The notes under the pieces were generated by a model, which saw only the letters and a list, made by a program, of their open reading frames with translations, was not told where the DNA came from and searched no databases. This document shows, one piece after another, positions 45,262-55,340 of a stretch of 64,000 nt of DNA (the stretch's first letter is position 1; the number at the start of each line of letters is the position of its first letter). Source of the DNA: a virus; IMG/VR virus record IMGVR_UViG_3300045988_175028. The stretch is one strand, 5' to 3'. The position numbers and the translations under genes are program-made.

Positions 45262-46399
45262 TTATAATTTTCCTCCCATCAAAAATTACTTTTCTCCATT
45301 CATAAAACATTCTAAAGGCTTCATAGTTATTGAATCTAACATATTGAAAAGCATCCCTGGCTTCTTGGGTAGAAGGCCATCTTCGCTGATATTTTGCTCG
45401 CCAGCATTTCCAAGGATCTTGATGTTTAGCTATCCATTTACAATAATCAACGATTCTATCTGCTTTATAATTATAGTATTTTGACCTTATAAACCAATTC
45501 AAGACTTCAAAAAGATTTTGTAATTCAGGAGTTGTGATTAGTGTGTCATTATATATAAGTGAAATTTTTATCCAATGTCTATGGAAAAATAGAACTTGAG
45601 GAAGAATTAAAGGCAAGCGATTCATCAAAAAGTCATTCTCATCCTTACAACCTTCATCAACTTTATAAGACATTTGACTTGTTCCTAAATCCCATAAGTA
45701 TCTCATTTTATCACATAAGACGTCATCCATAAAATTATTATATTGTATTCCAAAAACATCTTCCATAATAGGTAGTCGTAACCATTTTAGTAGTTCTTCC
45801 TCCGAAGATACCTGTATAGGAAATTTAGTTCCAAGTGAATATGGTTTTACAGTATTGCTATTTAGATTATTCCGAGAATACAACCAGTCTTTTATAAAAT
45901 CATAAGCGCCATCAACAGCACCAGCATCGTAATCGTGAAGAATAAGACATCTTGTGTTTTGAAACATATAGTCTTCTTTTTTTAGCCAAGGGTCTATATT
46001 TTTCCCATCAATTGAAAGACGAATATGCGCGCTCCATAAAATTCTCTTGAAAAGGCGCGCATCATCCTTTATACGGCAAAAATTAGGAGAATGACGCTCA
46101 TAGATTGAAAAATCAGGAATAGTTTGTTCGATTTCAAGAGGAAGAGGTTTATATGGACCTGGCTGTATCGCACGCCCTCCAAGAATTATCTTATCATCAA
46201 ATAACTCTCGTGGATAAATTCCATCATCATAATCTTTTCTTACATAAAGAGTAGAGAAGCGTTCTGGCGCCAACTCTGGTGCCAGAACGGAAATTTCTCT
46301 TTTTTTCTTATGATAAGCACAAAGTTTCGCACATTCAAGATTAGGGAGGACATTTTGGTAAGTAAAAAAATCGTAATCATGTACTCCAATTATTCCCAT
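45248..46399 (-). CDS. hypothetical protein (383 aa)
   Basis: Long ORF translationally coupled (TAATG) to dnaE exon 2. W/Y/F-rich with no motif recognised. Confidence 0.55.
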   Translation of the reverse strand: MGIIGVHDYDFFTYQNVLPNLECAKLCAYHKKKREISVLAPELAPERFSTLYVRKDYDDGIYPRELFDDKIILGGRAIQPGPYKPLPLEIEQTIPDFSIYERHSPNFCRIKDDARLFKRILWSAHIRLSIDGKNIDPWLKKEDYMFQNTRCLILHDYDAGAVDGAYDFIKDWLYSRNNLNSNTVKPYSLGTKFPIQVSSEEELLKWLRLPIMEDVFGIQYNNFMDDVLCDKMRYLWDLGTSQMSYKVDEGCKDENDFLMNRLPLILPQVLFFHRHWIKISLIYNDTLITTPELQNLFEVLNWFIRSKYYNYKADRIVDYCKWIAKHQDPWKCWRAKYQRRWPSTQEARDAFQYVRFNNYEAFRMFYEWRKVIFDGRKIINDSN

Positions 46400-47862
46400 T
46401 ACTGTTCAATCCTCCCTTGACTTTCTACTGTGCCGTCTTTGTTTATTTTTGTGATTAGCTCAATGCCATGATAAGGAGTATTCTTATATTTTTTCATAAC
46501 GAATTCGTTATCTCTCCTGATGCCTGTAATAATAATTTTGTTTCCTCTACTGAAGATACTTTTTTCAATGACGTGTTTTTTGCCATCGGCACCCCGTTCG
46601 CTAATTTGTTTGTCATAATAAGAAAAGACTTCACCAAAAACTCTTACATTTACGACTCCCTCTCTAGTCAAAACCGTTACCATTTTTTTGCTCTTATCTC
46701 TATCAAGAACAGTACCACAAATGCGATGAATCTTAAAAAGTGGGATTTTCTTTCCTTTTATTTCAATTATTCTATCAATTTCAGGCTGTTCGTTTAGTTC
46801 AAAGAAGTTTGAAAAACCACATAGTCGATAATTGACATCTTGAAGTTCGTGCTGATGAAAATAACAAGAAACGCTGTCCATCTCCCATTTACTAATAGAC
46901 CCAAGACAATATTTATTCCAAACATCAGACATTAGCCTATTATTTACATCATTTAGTAATAATTGGTTATTATCTTTTATGAAAGGACGAATAATATCCA
47001 TCTGAGCTTTATAAATTTTATCCCACTTGGTTTGAGGAATCGCAAATCCACTTTCAGTGTCATAAGGTTCTAGAAAATCAACATCAAAATTCTTTTCATA
47101 AAAGTTCATTGTGATGTTATCTAATCCATAATACTGAGTTCCTACTTTCATCTTTTTTAGATATTTATTGAAATTGAAGACCCGTCTTTGAAGGTCATAC
47201 TCATCAGGAATCAAACCAAAATCAATCAACATCTTCATATTTTGGAGAGTTATCCGTTTTTTCGTATCACTGATTTCTGAGACATAATATTGCATTAAAC
47301 TCTCTCTATTACTAAATTCATCAAAAGCACCAGCTTTTATAAGATTTATCATTTGAGGCTTGTTGATTTTTACTTTTGAGAGAAAATCATCAATTGAGGA
47401 GTAGGGGCGATTTTCAATTATTGATTTTACAATATCTTCGCCTACTTTTACAATTCCGCTCATACCAAAACGAATTATTGACTTTTCTACATCGGGAGAG
47501 AAAGTATAGGTAGATTTGTTTATATCTGGCGGCGCGACATCAATTCCCGACATCTTCATTTTTCCAATGGCAGAGCTAATTTTTCCATAATTTGTGGTTT
47601 TAGTTTTTTTCTTTTTCTTTTTCTCTTTTACGACTTCTTCATCATCTTCATCATCGTCGTTATCATCCTCAAATTCTTCTATACAATCAACATAAGTTTC
47701 TTCAATAGTATCATCTTCCTCGTCTTCTTCTACTCCTTCATTTCCTCCACTATCGCTAATAAGACAAGCGCAATTCCAAAAAATAATCGGAAATTGATAG
47801 GCTAAATTCATTTCTTGAAGAGCGATTAGCGAATAAGCCAAGGTATGTGATGCATTCTTTAC
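46399..47862 (-). CDS. dnaE: DNA polymerase III alpha (DnaE-type), exon 2
   Basis: Starts (V)KNASHTLAYSLIALQ, which continues the conserved GYGFNKSHxxAY motif. Downstream regions are HhH-like and OB-like. There is no independent RBS. Confidence 0.75.
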   Translation of the reverse strand, partial: VKNASHTLAYSLIALQEMNLAYQFPIIFWNCACLISDSGGNEGVEEDEEDDTIEETYVDCIEEFEDDNDDDEDDEEVVKEKKKKKKTKTTNYGKISSAIGKMKMSGIDVAPPDINKSTYTFSPDVEKSIIRFGMSGIVKVGEDIVKSIIENRPYSSIDDFLSKVKINKPQMINLIKAGAFDEFSNRESLMQYYVSEISDTKKRITLQNMKMLIDFGLIPDEYDLQRRVFNFNKYLKKMKVGTQYYGLDNITMNFYEKNFDVDFLEPYDTESGFAIPQTKWDKIYKAQMDIIRPFIKDNNQLLLNDVNNRLMSDVWNKYCLGSISKWEMDSVSCYFHQHELQDVNYRLCGFSNFFELNEQPEIDRIIEIKGKKIPLFKIHRICGTVLDRDKSKKMVTVLTREGVVNVRVFGEVFSYYDKQISERGADGKKHVIEKSIFSRGNKIIITGIRRDNEFVMKKYKNTPYHGIELITKINKDGTVESQGRIEQ

Positions 47863-48968
47863 CACTCATGGTTTCCCATGCCGATTAAATCGTTGTGGTC
47901 TGGACTATACCATCATCCTTATCTAATAAGGCGTCACTATTATAGTCTCTGAACGTCTTTCTTAAATAATTATACTTTCTATTCATTCCAAAAGGTCTAT
48001 TATAAACAATTGCGATTAACTTTAATATATTATACTGATTTGCAGTTTCAATTCTATACAAACCGCTTTCAGACATTCTAATTGCGATATCATCCATGAA
48101 GAAATTATTTTTTAACACTTCTGTAATCCACATGGCAAAATCTTTAGACATCGTGCATATATAAAATTGCGCGCCGCCATAGGAAGTTTTAGAAACACAA
48201 CCATCACCGTCAATTATTCCTCGAATAATATAAGGTAAAAATTGTTTTTCTTCATCAAGAAGTTTTGGCGTTGGCAGAATAATTGATTTATTTGGAACAA
48301 TACCAAAACGTTCAACTTGTTTTGATATGCCAGGTATTGTAATTAAAACTCTATACCTGGTTTTGTGGATTCCATCATTATAACTTTTATAGTCAGTGCC
48401 AATCGTTTTTGCCACAAAGCTTATCGCGTCTTCGTCTGTCATATCTAATCCTAATCCATCTCTATCACTTAACACATATCCATCTGTTAGTAATAAACCA
48501 ACAAAATAAGCATCAAATGGAGAAGTTAATTTTTCTAAGGAGTAAACATAACCCCTGCGACTGTTTTGTGCCTCTTTTATTATTTCTTCATAATTCTCTG
48601 GATAATATTTTTTTACTTTGTCCGTTATTGATTTTTTGGTTTTATAACCATACTTATTCATTAGTTCTATAACGGAGGTCCCTTGTTTATATTCTTCAAC
48701 CAATTGTAGTTCTTGTTCTTTGGATAATTTTTTATATCCCATTGTATCTCACCTCTAATTATAAGTAACCTTTGAGATGAGAAAGCATATCATTTTAAGA
48801 AATTTCGCTGCGGATTATCCAATCTTTAATAATTTTACCATACCCGCACTTTTTCTGCGCGGCCGCTATATACGTTACCGTTACAGTTTGGTTATTAAAG
48901 CTCTAAGGAACTTCCCGCAATTTAAGTGATTTTTAACTATATGTTACCATATAGGGCTTCAATATTCT
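47863..48968 (-). mobile_element. group I intron (about 1.1 kb) in dnaE carrying a LAGLIDADG homing endonuclease ORF
   Basis: The 5' exon ends GGCUUU (...GYGF). Eight nt into the intron, GAAGCC can pair with it and gives the canonical terminal U-G wobble (P1). AAATTGCGGGAAG (48923-48911) resembles Tetrahymena P4. GATGGTATAGTCC (47914-47902) matches the J8/7-P7 consensus. The intron ends in G (47863). Boundaries are good to about +/-3 nt. Confidence 0.75.
47885..48742 (-). CDS. LAGLIDADG homing endonuclease (intron-encoded)
   Basis: YFVGLLLTDGYV and IIRGIIDGDGCV motifs. Own RBS GAGGTGA. The 3' end of the ORF overlaps the intron P7-like core sequence. Confidence 0.8.
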   Translation of the reverse strand: MGYKKLSKEQELQLVEEYKQGTSVIELMNKYGYKTKKSITDKVKKYYPENYEEIIKEAQNSRRGYVYSLEKLTSPFDAYFVGLLLTDGYVLSDRDGLGLDMTDEDAISFVAKTIGTDYKSYNDGIHKTRYRVLITIPGISKQVERFGIVPNKSIILPTPKLLDEEKQFLPYIIRGIIDGDGCVSKTSYGGAQFYICTMSKDFAMWITEVLKNNFFMDDIAIRMSESGLYRIETANQYNILKLIAIVYNRPFGMNRKYNYLRKTFRDYNSDALLDKDDGIVQTTTI

Positions 48969-51488
48969 AAAGCCATAACCTTTACTCGTACAAACTAACA
49001 CATTCCAAACATACTTACAGAATTTTTCATCCAATCCTTTTTCTTTTATAATCCTGAAATATTCATCTTGTAATTCAAGAAAAGCTTTAGGATTTTTCTT
49101 TGCGATAGATTTTCTTAGCTTATCTGCCCAGGTAAGGCTGAAGCCTCCGCACTCAGGCAACTGAACTAACTCCATAAATTTTTCCTGAGACTCACAGATA
49201 CCATAAGAAATCTTTACTACTGGCTCAAGAATTTTCATTTCTTCTTTGGTAAGACCGTAATTCTCCATTTCTTTATACCACAAAGAAATATCATTTTTGA
49301 AACGAGCAAACTTATTTAGAGGTTGCTCGGCTCCTTTTTCTTGAGCCATCAAACGAATTACAGAATTCAAAACAGCCAAGTCATCTACTGATTGAGGATG
49401 AGTTAGCGCGATGCCACTAATTCCACTTTGCTTTTCCATTTGGAATAAGCTGGTGATTTTATGGTCCCATACCATCTTCCACATATCCGGTGCTGTTCGT
49501 TCTAAATTATAAATACCAATAACGCTTTCGTAGGTTTCTTTTAGAGTATCTTTCTTTTTAACATATCCATAATCAACTAGTAAATCTAGACAGTTATGAA
49601 TTTTATCCAACGCTTCTACTGATAATAAATCATACTTGATAAGTGATACATCCTCACACGCATGAAGGTCAAAAGCCGTAATGATGGTTCCATCTGGCGC
49701 GCGCATGAGTCCGGTTGAATTAGTAAAAGGTTCATCCACAAAGATTACTCCACCAGCATGGATTCCATACCCACAAATTAGTCCTTCAATTTTTTGAGCG
49801 ACTTCCCAAACTTCAGGATAATTCTCTGTCATTTCATATACAAATTGTTTGATTGGCTTCCAATCATTTTCAGTATCACCATACATACATTGAGATAAGG
49901 TTCGTAGCAATCCACGGTCAGAGGGAATCAATGAGGCTAGATAAGAAGCAATATCAACATCCACTCCCAAACCACGACAAGCCGTAAGAATTGCAGATTT
50001 AGACTTTTCTTGACGAAAAGTGGCAACATTTGAAACTCGATTATCTCCATAGACTTTTCGTAAATGATTTAGGACTTCTGCACGCCGGCCACCCTCAATA
50101 TCTACATCTACATCAAGTACTGAAACTCGATCTGGATTCAGAAATCTCCATCTAAAAGTTTTGGTAGTCTCTTGTAGAGGATTGATTTGAGTTATATTCA
50201 AAAGATAAAGTAGAATAAAACCTACTCCTGAACCTCTTCCTGGTCCAACCAACGTACCAGCTTTCCAACATTCCTCAATAATTCTTTGAAGATTTAGATA
50301 ATAGGCTGACCAATGTGCTTTATTTACATTAGAAGAAATCCATGTCATTTCAAGACAAGCATTGACCTCATCCCAAGTCTTTTGATTCCATAATTCTTGA
50401 GGCCCATCTTCTAGTGCCTCAACAATCATGCAAGCCAAAGCTCTATCACCTATATAATCAGACTCCACGAATGTTTTCAGATAAGGAATTCTTTCTATCC
50501 AACAATTTTGAACATAACTAATTTTAGGTTCTTTCCAAGGAAGCTGAGGAATATATAAAGGCTTTAGAAGACTATAATCCTCACACATATCTTTTATTTT
50601 TAGGATATTCCTATATGCTATTTGTAATTGCTCTTGTGAAAAATATCCAAAATAACTTTCGAGTTCTTCGGTATCCATTAGATAAGTCGTGGCATAGAAA
50701 TCATCTACTTCTCTATCACCATTCTGGGCATTTAGATAAGCTTTATGAATTGTTCTGTCTTCTTTCTTGAGATAGTGTGTATCCGTTGTGATAATATAAG
50801 GAATTTCAAACTCATTCGATAACTCAAAAAGTTTTTTATTGACGTAAATTTGGTCTTTATTATTACTGGGTTGCATTTCAAAAAAGAAATTTCCATGGCC
50901 AAATAAATTATCCATTTGGCTTATCCAGTTATAGATTTTTGGCATCAATTCTGGATTATCTTTTGCTTTTAGAAGTTGAGTGGGGAGACACCCTCCAAGG
51001 CAGGCTGTCGAGCCAATTACATGACCAGGTTCTGCGCCAATAATTTCAAATAAGTCATTATAATAAGTCGGAACTCGACGCATTCCTCGCGCCATATAAC
51101 TTCTCAACCAAGCGCGAGTAGAAATTTCACGAATCTGCTTATGACCAATAGCATCTTTGGCTAATAAGATAAAGTGATAGTATTTATCTTGTCCAGCTTT
51201 ATAATTTGAAGCATTGAGTCCATTTCGACAAAGGTAAATTTCATTTCCCTGAATGACTTTAAAGTTAGGATGCTTTTCTTTTATTTTTTTATAATATTTT
51301 TCAATTCTAACAGCTCCAGAGATACAATCGTGGTTAGTAATGGCTACCACTTCATGTCCCAGCTCAATGGCATAATCAATTAGGTCTTCAACTTTTATAA
51401 TACAATCGCGCAGTCGAAGATTTGAGGTCTCATCATGATTATGAATTAACTAATGTAAACTACCAGGATAATCCAGGATAGTTTTCAT
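48969..51488 (-). CDS. dnaE: DNA polymerase III alpha (DnaE-type), exon 1, with an in-frame TAG at codon 13
   Basis: RBS AGAGGTGA plus ATG at 51488, giving MKTILDYPGSLH-TAG-LIHNHDETSNLRLRDC...VAITNHD. PHP motifs HxH and (A)ITNHD lie on either side of the track's GTG start at 51350. Polymerase core blocks follow, up to ...TSKGYGF. Confidence 0.7.
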
Positions 51489-51494
51489 TTTTCA

Positions 51495-52199
51495 TCACCT
51501 CTTTCTAAATTCATCACGAACATTGGCTTTATAATTATGTAAATATTTCCAAGTTCTACATCTATTTATATCATATAGTATATTTAAACTAATATTCTCA
51601 TCTCTTGATATTTGAGCTAATGAACGAGAGTCTTTTTCCAATAAGGCTATTATATATTTCGCTTTTTCTTCAGTAATTTTATTAGTTCCTAATTCACCCC
51701 GGCGAACGCTTCCTTGACTTTCTATTCTTATATTTTTCTTATAATGATGAAACCAAATCCAAGTATTGCATCTATTGATATCACTAATAGTATTATAATG
51801 AACCTTATACTGCCTTGCTATTTCTTGTATAGATAATTTTGTATTTTTTAATTTTTCGATAATCTCAAGGACTTCTTTTTCAGTAAGTTTCGCCCAAGGA
51901 TTTTCTTCACTTTTATACTCTTCTCCACCACGAGTTAAATTATATCCTTTTTCTCTTGAAGAATAACTTTTATAATATTCTATCCAATACTTTTCTCTTT
52001 CTTGCAATTCTTGAGGTTCACATTCTTCTATCACTTCAAAAGTAAAATCTTCTTCTCCTAATTTATGAAGTTCTTGGTCAAAATAAGAATATGGTGATGG
52101 CTGATTTAGATGAGCCCATTTTCTTTTTGTAATATCAGTACTTCTCCCTATATATATTTTGTTGTTTTGTTTATTTGTATATTTATATATACCTACCAT
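51495..52199 (-). CDS. GIY-YIG homing endonuclease (free-standing), with two C-terminal HTH repeats
   Basis: GIYKYTNKQNNKIYIGRS...R...H motif. Two repeats, KLTEKEVLEIIEKL...IARQYKVHYNTISDINRCNTW and KITEEKAKYIIALL...ISRDENISLNILYDINRCRTW. Confidence 0.8.
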   Translation of the reverse strand: MVGIYKYTNKQNNKIYIGRSTDITKRKWAHLNQPSPYSYFDQELHKLGEEDFTFEVIEECEPQELQEREKYWIEYYKSYSSREKGYNLTRGGEEYKSEENPWAKLTEKEVLEIIEKLKNTKLSIQEIARQYKVHYNTISDINRCNTWIWFHHYKKNIRIESQGSVRRGELGTNKITEEKAKYIIALLEKDSRSLAQISRDENISLNILYDINRCRTWKYLHNYKANVRDEFRKR

Positions 52200-52205
52200 T
52201 TCTTT

Positions 52206-52499
52206 TTATTCACCAACTATATGACAAGTTTTATTTGGAAATACACTCTTTATTCTAAGTCTATCATCATGTTCGGCTACATCAAAAAATCCCCATCCCT
52301 TATGCAAGCTCATTACTCCTACAATTCTCCAAGGATCTTCGTCAATCAAATAATAAAGTTCGTCTATTTGGATTTTTTCATAAATATCCTCATTTTCAAA
52401 AAGAATATAATTTTCAATTTCCTCTAAGGATTGAAGAGTATTAGGAAGTGAAGCAACTAATTCTTTTGTAAAATTCTCAATTTTATAAATTCCTATCAT
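52206..52499 (-). CDS. hypothetical protein (97 aa)
   Basis: ORF with a GGAGG RBS after the promoter at 52530-52558. Acidic. Confidence 0.45.
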   Translation of the reverse strand: MIGIYKIENFTKELVASLPNTLQSLEEIENYILFENEDIYEKIQIDELYYLIDEDPWRIVGVMSLHKGWGFFDVAEHDDRLRIKSVFPNKTCHIVGE

Positions 52500-52529
52500 T
52501 TACAAACCTCCTTTTTATTTTCTATATAT

Positions 52530-52558
52530 ATTATATACTAAATTCCAAAAAATTTCAA
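52530..52558 (-). promoter_or_regulatory. sigma-A promoter on the minus strand: TTGAAA (52558-52553), 17-nt spacer, TATAAT (52535-52530)
   Basis: Read from the reverse complement. Located directly after the RecJ-like stop codon and upstream of the 52499 gene. Confidence 0.55.
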
Positions 52559-52561
52559 CTA

Positions 52562-54280
52562 TTAGAATGAAAATCTTCCATCTTGAACCTCCATATCTAC
52601 TATAAAGATCTGGGGCAATTCTTGCCCAAGCCAAGTGTTGATATTAGGTCTGCCAACTAAAGTAATATCCATTTCATTTGAAAAACCTTTCAATTCTTCT
52701 ATTAAATCTTTTGCTCTGAACTTAATATAGGTAATTCCATTTTTCTCAATTCGTAAGGTATCTTTATTTTTCCCTATAATTTTTATCTCATTAGGCGAGA
52801 CTACTAAATTAGTAATAGCTATCATCGCTTCAGGATTTTGCTGCCCAAATACCTGCTCATATGGCGCGACATCAAGGATTATGGCTTCTATATCTTTATC
52901 ATTAGCTTTTCTAATAAAATTTACATCATAAATATTTTCTCCAAAATCAATTTGAGAAAGCTCTTTATTTGCAATTTCATGAAGTTTTGAAAGATTTTTG
53001 TCAGAAACGCTAATTCCGAAAGCTTGGTCATGGCCCAACGTATATTCAAAAAGTCCAGTTTTAGATAAAAATTCTTTGAAGGAAGTCAATTCTGTATTAC
53101 TTGGGGCACGGGCGCTACCTCTATCAAAACCTTCAAAATTTCGTCTAGCTAATATAGTAGGTTTATGATATTTTGCCGATAAAACCATAGCCACAAGTCC
53201 ATTTAGCTCAGCGGGAAATTCATCATCATCATCAAGTCTTACAAATAAAATTTGATTTTCCAGCAAATCTTGCTTGAAGATTTTTACTTCTAATTCCTGG
53301 ACTATCTTTTCTTTCATTTTATCTTGATGAACTTTTGCATTTGTGCATTCGCGCGCACTCTCTATACAGAGTCTTTCCATTGTTCCTTTGGCTCCACGTT
53401 TGTGGCACTCTACCATTTCATTTGGTTCAATAAAACTGCGATAAAGTCGATATTTTTCTTCCATTGACCCAACTCGAATCATAGCATTTATAAGAGGAAC
53501 AATATAAAAAGCAACGGTTATAGGATTTATCTTTCCCCCCATTGAATAGTCTTGTTTATCTAATAGAACTCGTAGCATTGTATTCTTTATATTTTGAAAA
53601 CCAGTTTGAACCAAGTATTGATTTTCATATTCAAGCATACTCATCATATCTCCAACTAATGAAACTGCACAAAGGTCAATATAATCATAAGCCCAGTTCC
53701 TCAAAAAATAATCATCTAGGGCTCGGCAAAATTGCCAAACAACCCCTCCACCACAAAGGTTCTTATTTTTATAATTTTTAGAAGTTTGGTTATTTATAAG
53801 TATCATATTGGATGGAATTTCACTTTCAAGTTCTTTTATATGGTGGTCTAAAACAAGGACCGGACAGGTAAAATCCTTTATATATTGTCCATCATTTGTG
53901 GCGCTATCTGGCGCGATAATGAGGCTCCAATCCTTTTTTTCTAATTGCTCCATCATATCAGAAAAACCATGTTGTTTTCCCTCATGAATAAAAAATTCAA
54001 TTTCTTTATCTGGATTCAATCTTTTTATGTATTTATAAATTATAGCAAAAGAACAAATTCCATCGCAATCGCAATCTGCGATAATAGCATAAGGCTTTTT
54101 ATCAAAAATCGTCTTCTCAATAACCCTTATTCCCATTTGGTAATTGTCCAAATCTTCAAAACTTTGTAAGCATTCTTTCGTTGGATGAAGGAAAGCTTGA
54201 ACATCCTGAATACCTCGCGTGCGAAGTAGGTTCTTTCCATAGTCTTCTTTTATCTCTTGATTTACTAGCCGATATTTCAC
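52562..54280 (-). CDS. RecJ-like DHH-family single-strand exonuclease
   Basis: DHH motifs IADCDCDGICS, IAPDSATND and VLVLDHH. 572 aa. Confidence 0.7.
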   Translation of the reverse strand: MKYRLVNQEIKEDYGKNLLRTRGIQDVQAFLHPTKECLQSFEDLDNYQMGIRVIEKTIFDKKPYAIIADCDCDGICSFAIIYKYIKRLNPDKEIEFFIHEGKQHGFSDMMEQLEKKDWSLIIAPDSATNDGQYIKDFTCPVLVLDHHIKELESEIPSNMILINNQTSKNYKNKNLCGGGVVWQFCRALDDYFLRNWAYDYIDLCAVSLVGDMMSMLEYENQYLVQTGFQNIKNTMLRVLLDKQDYSMGGKINPITVAFYIVPLINAMIRVGSMEEKYRLYRSFIEPNEMVECHKRGAKGTMERLCIESARECTNAKVHQDKMKEKIVQELEVKIFKQDLLENQILFVRLDDDDEFPAELNGLVAMVLSAKYHKPTILARRNFEGFDRGSARAPSNTELTSFKEFLSKTGLFEYTLGHDQAFGISVSDKNLSKLHEIANKELSQIDFGENIYDVNFIRKANDKDIEAIILDVAPYEQVFGQQNPEAMIAITNLVVSPNEIKIIGKNKDTLRIEKNGITYIKFRAKDLIEELKGFSNEMDITLVGRPNINTWLGQELPQIFIVDMEVQDGRFSF

Positions 54281-55326
54281 TTCACAATTACTCTCCTTTT
54301 TAATAGCTCTTCAAATTTTTCTTGTCCCTCATCTACTGGAGAGTCCTTCTTTTTTGTAAGGTTTTCTCTATCATAGATAAAAGAAAAATTTGAATAATTT
54401 TTATATTTACTACACATCTTCCACAATTTTTGAAAATAGTCCTCACTTCCAGGCTTTTCTTCATTATCAAAGCAAATAACAATTTCTCTTGGTTGAGCAC
54501 AACGCATCAAAATATCAAGTTGGTACTTATTGAATTGACTTCCACAGGAGGCAACCGCACAGTTAGGAAATGAAAAATTTTCACACATAAGAACGCTTTT
54601 TTCTGCTTCAAAGACATAACAAATTCCATAGCGTTTGATATTTTCCAGATTTTTGTCCAAACCATAGAGGTTTAAACTTAATGGATGTGAATACCATTTA
54701 CCCTCAATTTGAACCGGCATATATTTTCCTACGTTTTCTACCTCCCACTGATTGAGTGCTCGCCCTCTAATTCCAATCAATCCACCTTTAACATTATAAT
54801 GAGGAATTATGATTTTATTTTGACCAATAGAAAAACGAATATTGAATTTATCCATGGCTTTATGAGAAATTCCCTCTTCTTCCCAATCAGCAGGATACTC
54901 TTTTATAAAAACATCCAAGATACCTTTCTCATAAGTTGGAAGTTCTCGTCTTTCTTTTTTTGGCATAAACTCATTTCTTTTTGATTTATAGCTTTCGTTG
55001 ATTTCTGTCTCAGTAAATCTTTTCTCTCCATAACTTTGAACAAATTCTAAAACATCTTCATGCCAGTCATAAGTGATTCCTCTCGTTTCATAATAATGTT
55101 CAATAAAACGAAAGATATTCTGCGCGCCACATTCACTATAACACATAAAAATATGAGTGTTTTTATAATAATAAAGCTTCCAAGATGCTTCATCTAAATT
55201 AGTATTATGACACGCAGTTTTACATAAAAGGAAATCACCCTTGTCTTGCCAAGGAATTTCCAATTTATCCAAAATTTTCTCCACTATTTCATCAGTAAGA
55301 TTTTCAATTATTTCTCTATAGTCCAA
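54277..55326 (-). CDS. DnaG-type DNA primase (zinc finger plus TOPRIM)
   Basis: CHNTN...H...CYSEC zinc-binding region. TOPRIM-like YVFEAEKSV and VICFDNEE. Confidence 0.65.
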   Translation of the reverse strand: MDYREIIENLTDEIVEKILDKLEIPWQDKGDFLLCKTACHNTNLDEASWKLYYYKNTHIFMCYSECGAQNIFRFIEHYYETRGITYDWHEDVLEFVQSYGEKRFTETEINESYKSKRNEFMPKKERRELPTYEKGILDVFIKEYPADWEEEGISHKAMDKFNIRFSIGQNKIIIPHYNVKGGLIGIRGRALNQWEVENVGKYMPVQIEGKWYSHPLSLNLYGLDKNLENIKRYGICYVFEAEKSVLMCENFSFPNCAVASCGSQFNKYQLDILMRCAQPREIVICFDNEEKPGSEDYFQKLWKMCSKYKNYSNFSFIYDRENLTKKKDSPVDEGQEKFEELLKRRVIVK

Positions 55327-55340
55327 AGAAATCTCCCTTC

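Noticed and set aside
43640-48968. Inteins as the explanation for the split nrdJ and dnaE genes
   Set aside because: The LAGLIDADG ORFs have their own RBS, start and stop codons and are not in frame with the flanking exons. The exon frames terminate in stop codons. The flanking non-coding sequence carries group I core matches (AGATATAGTC-type J8/7-P7, a P4-like strand, and P1 with a U-G wobble).
52206-52499. 97-aa ORF as a decayed GIY-YIG endonuclease, because it starts MIGIYK like the neighbouring MVGIYK
   Set aside because: Similarity is limited to five N-terminal residues. There is no YIG, Arg or Glu/Asn downstream motif. That is insufficient evidence, so it is kept as a hypothetical protein.
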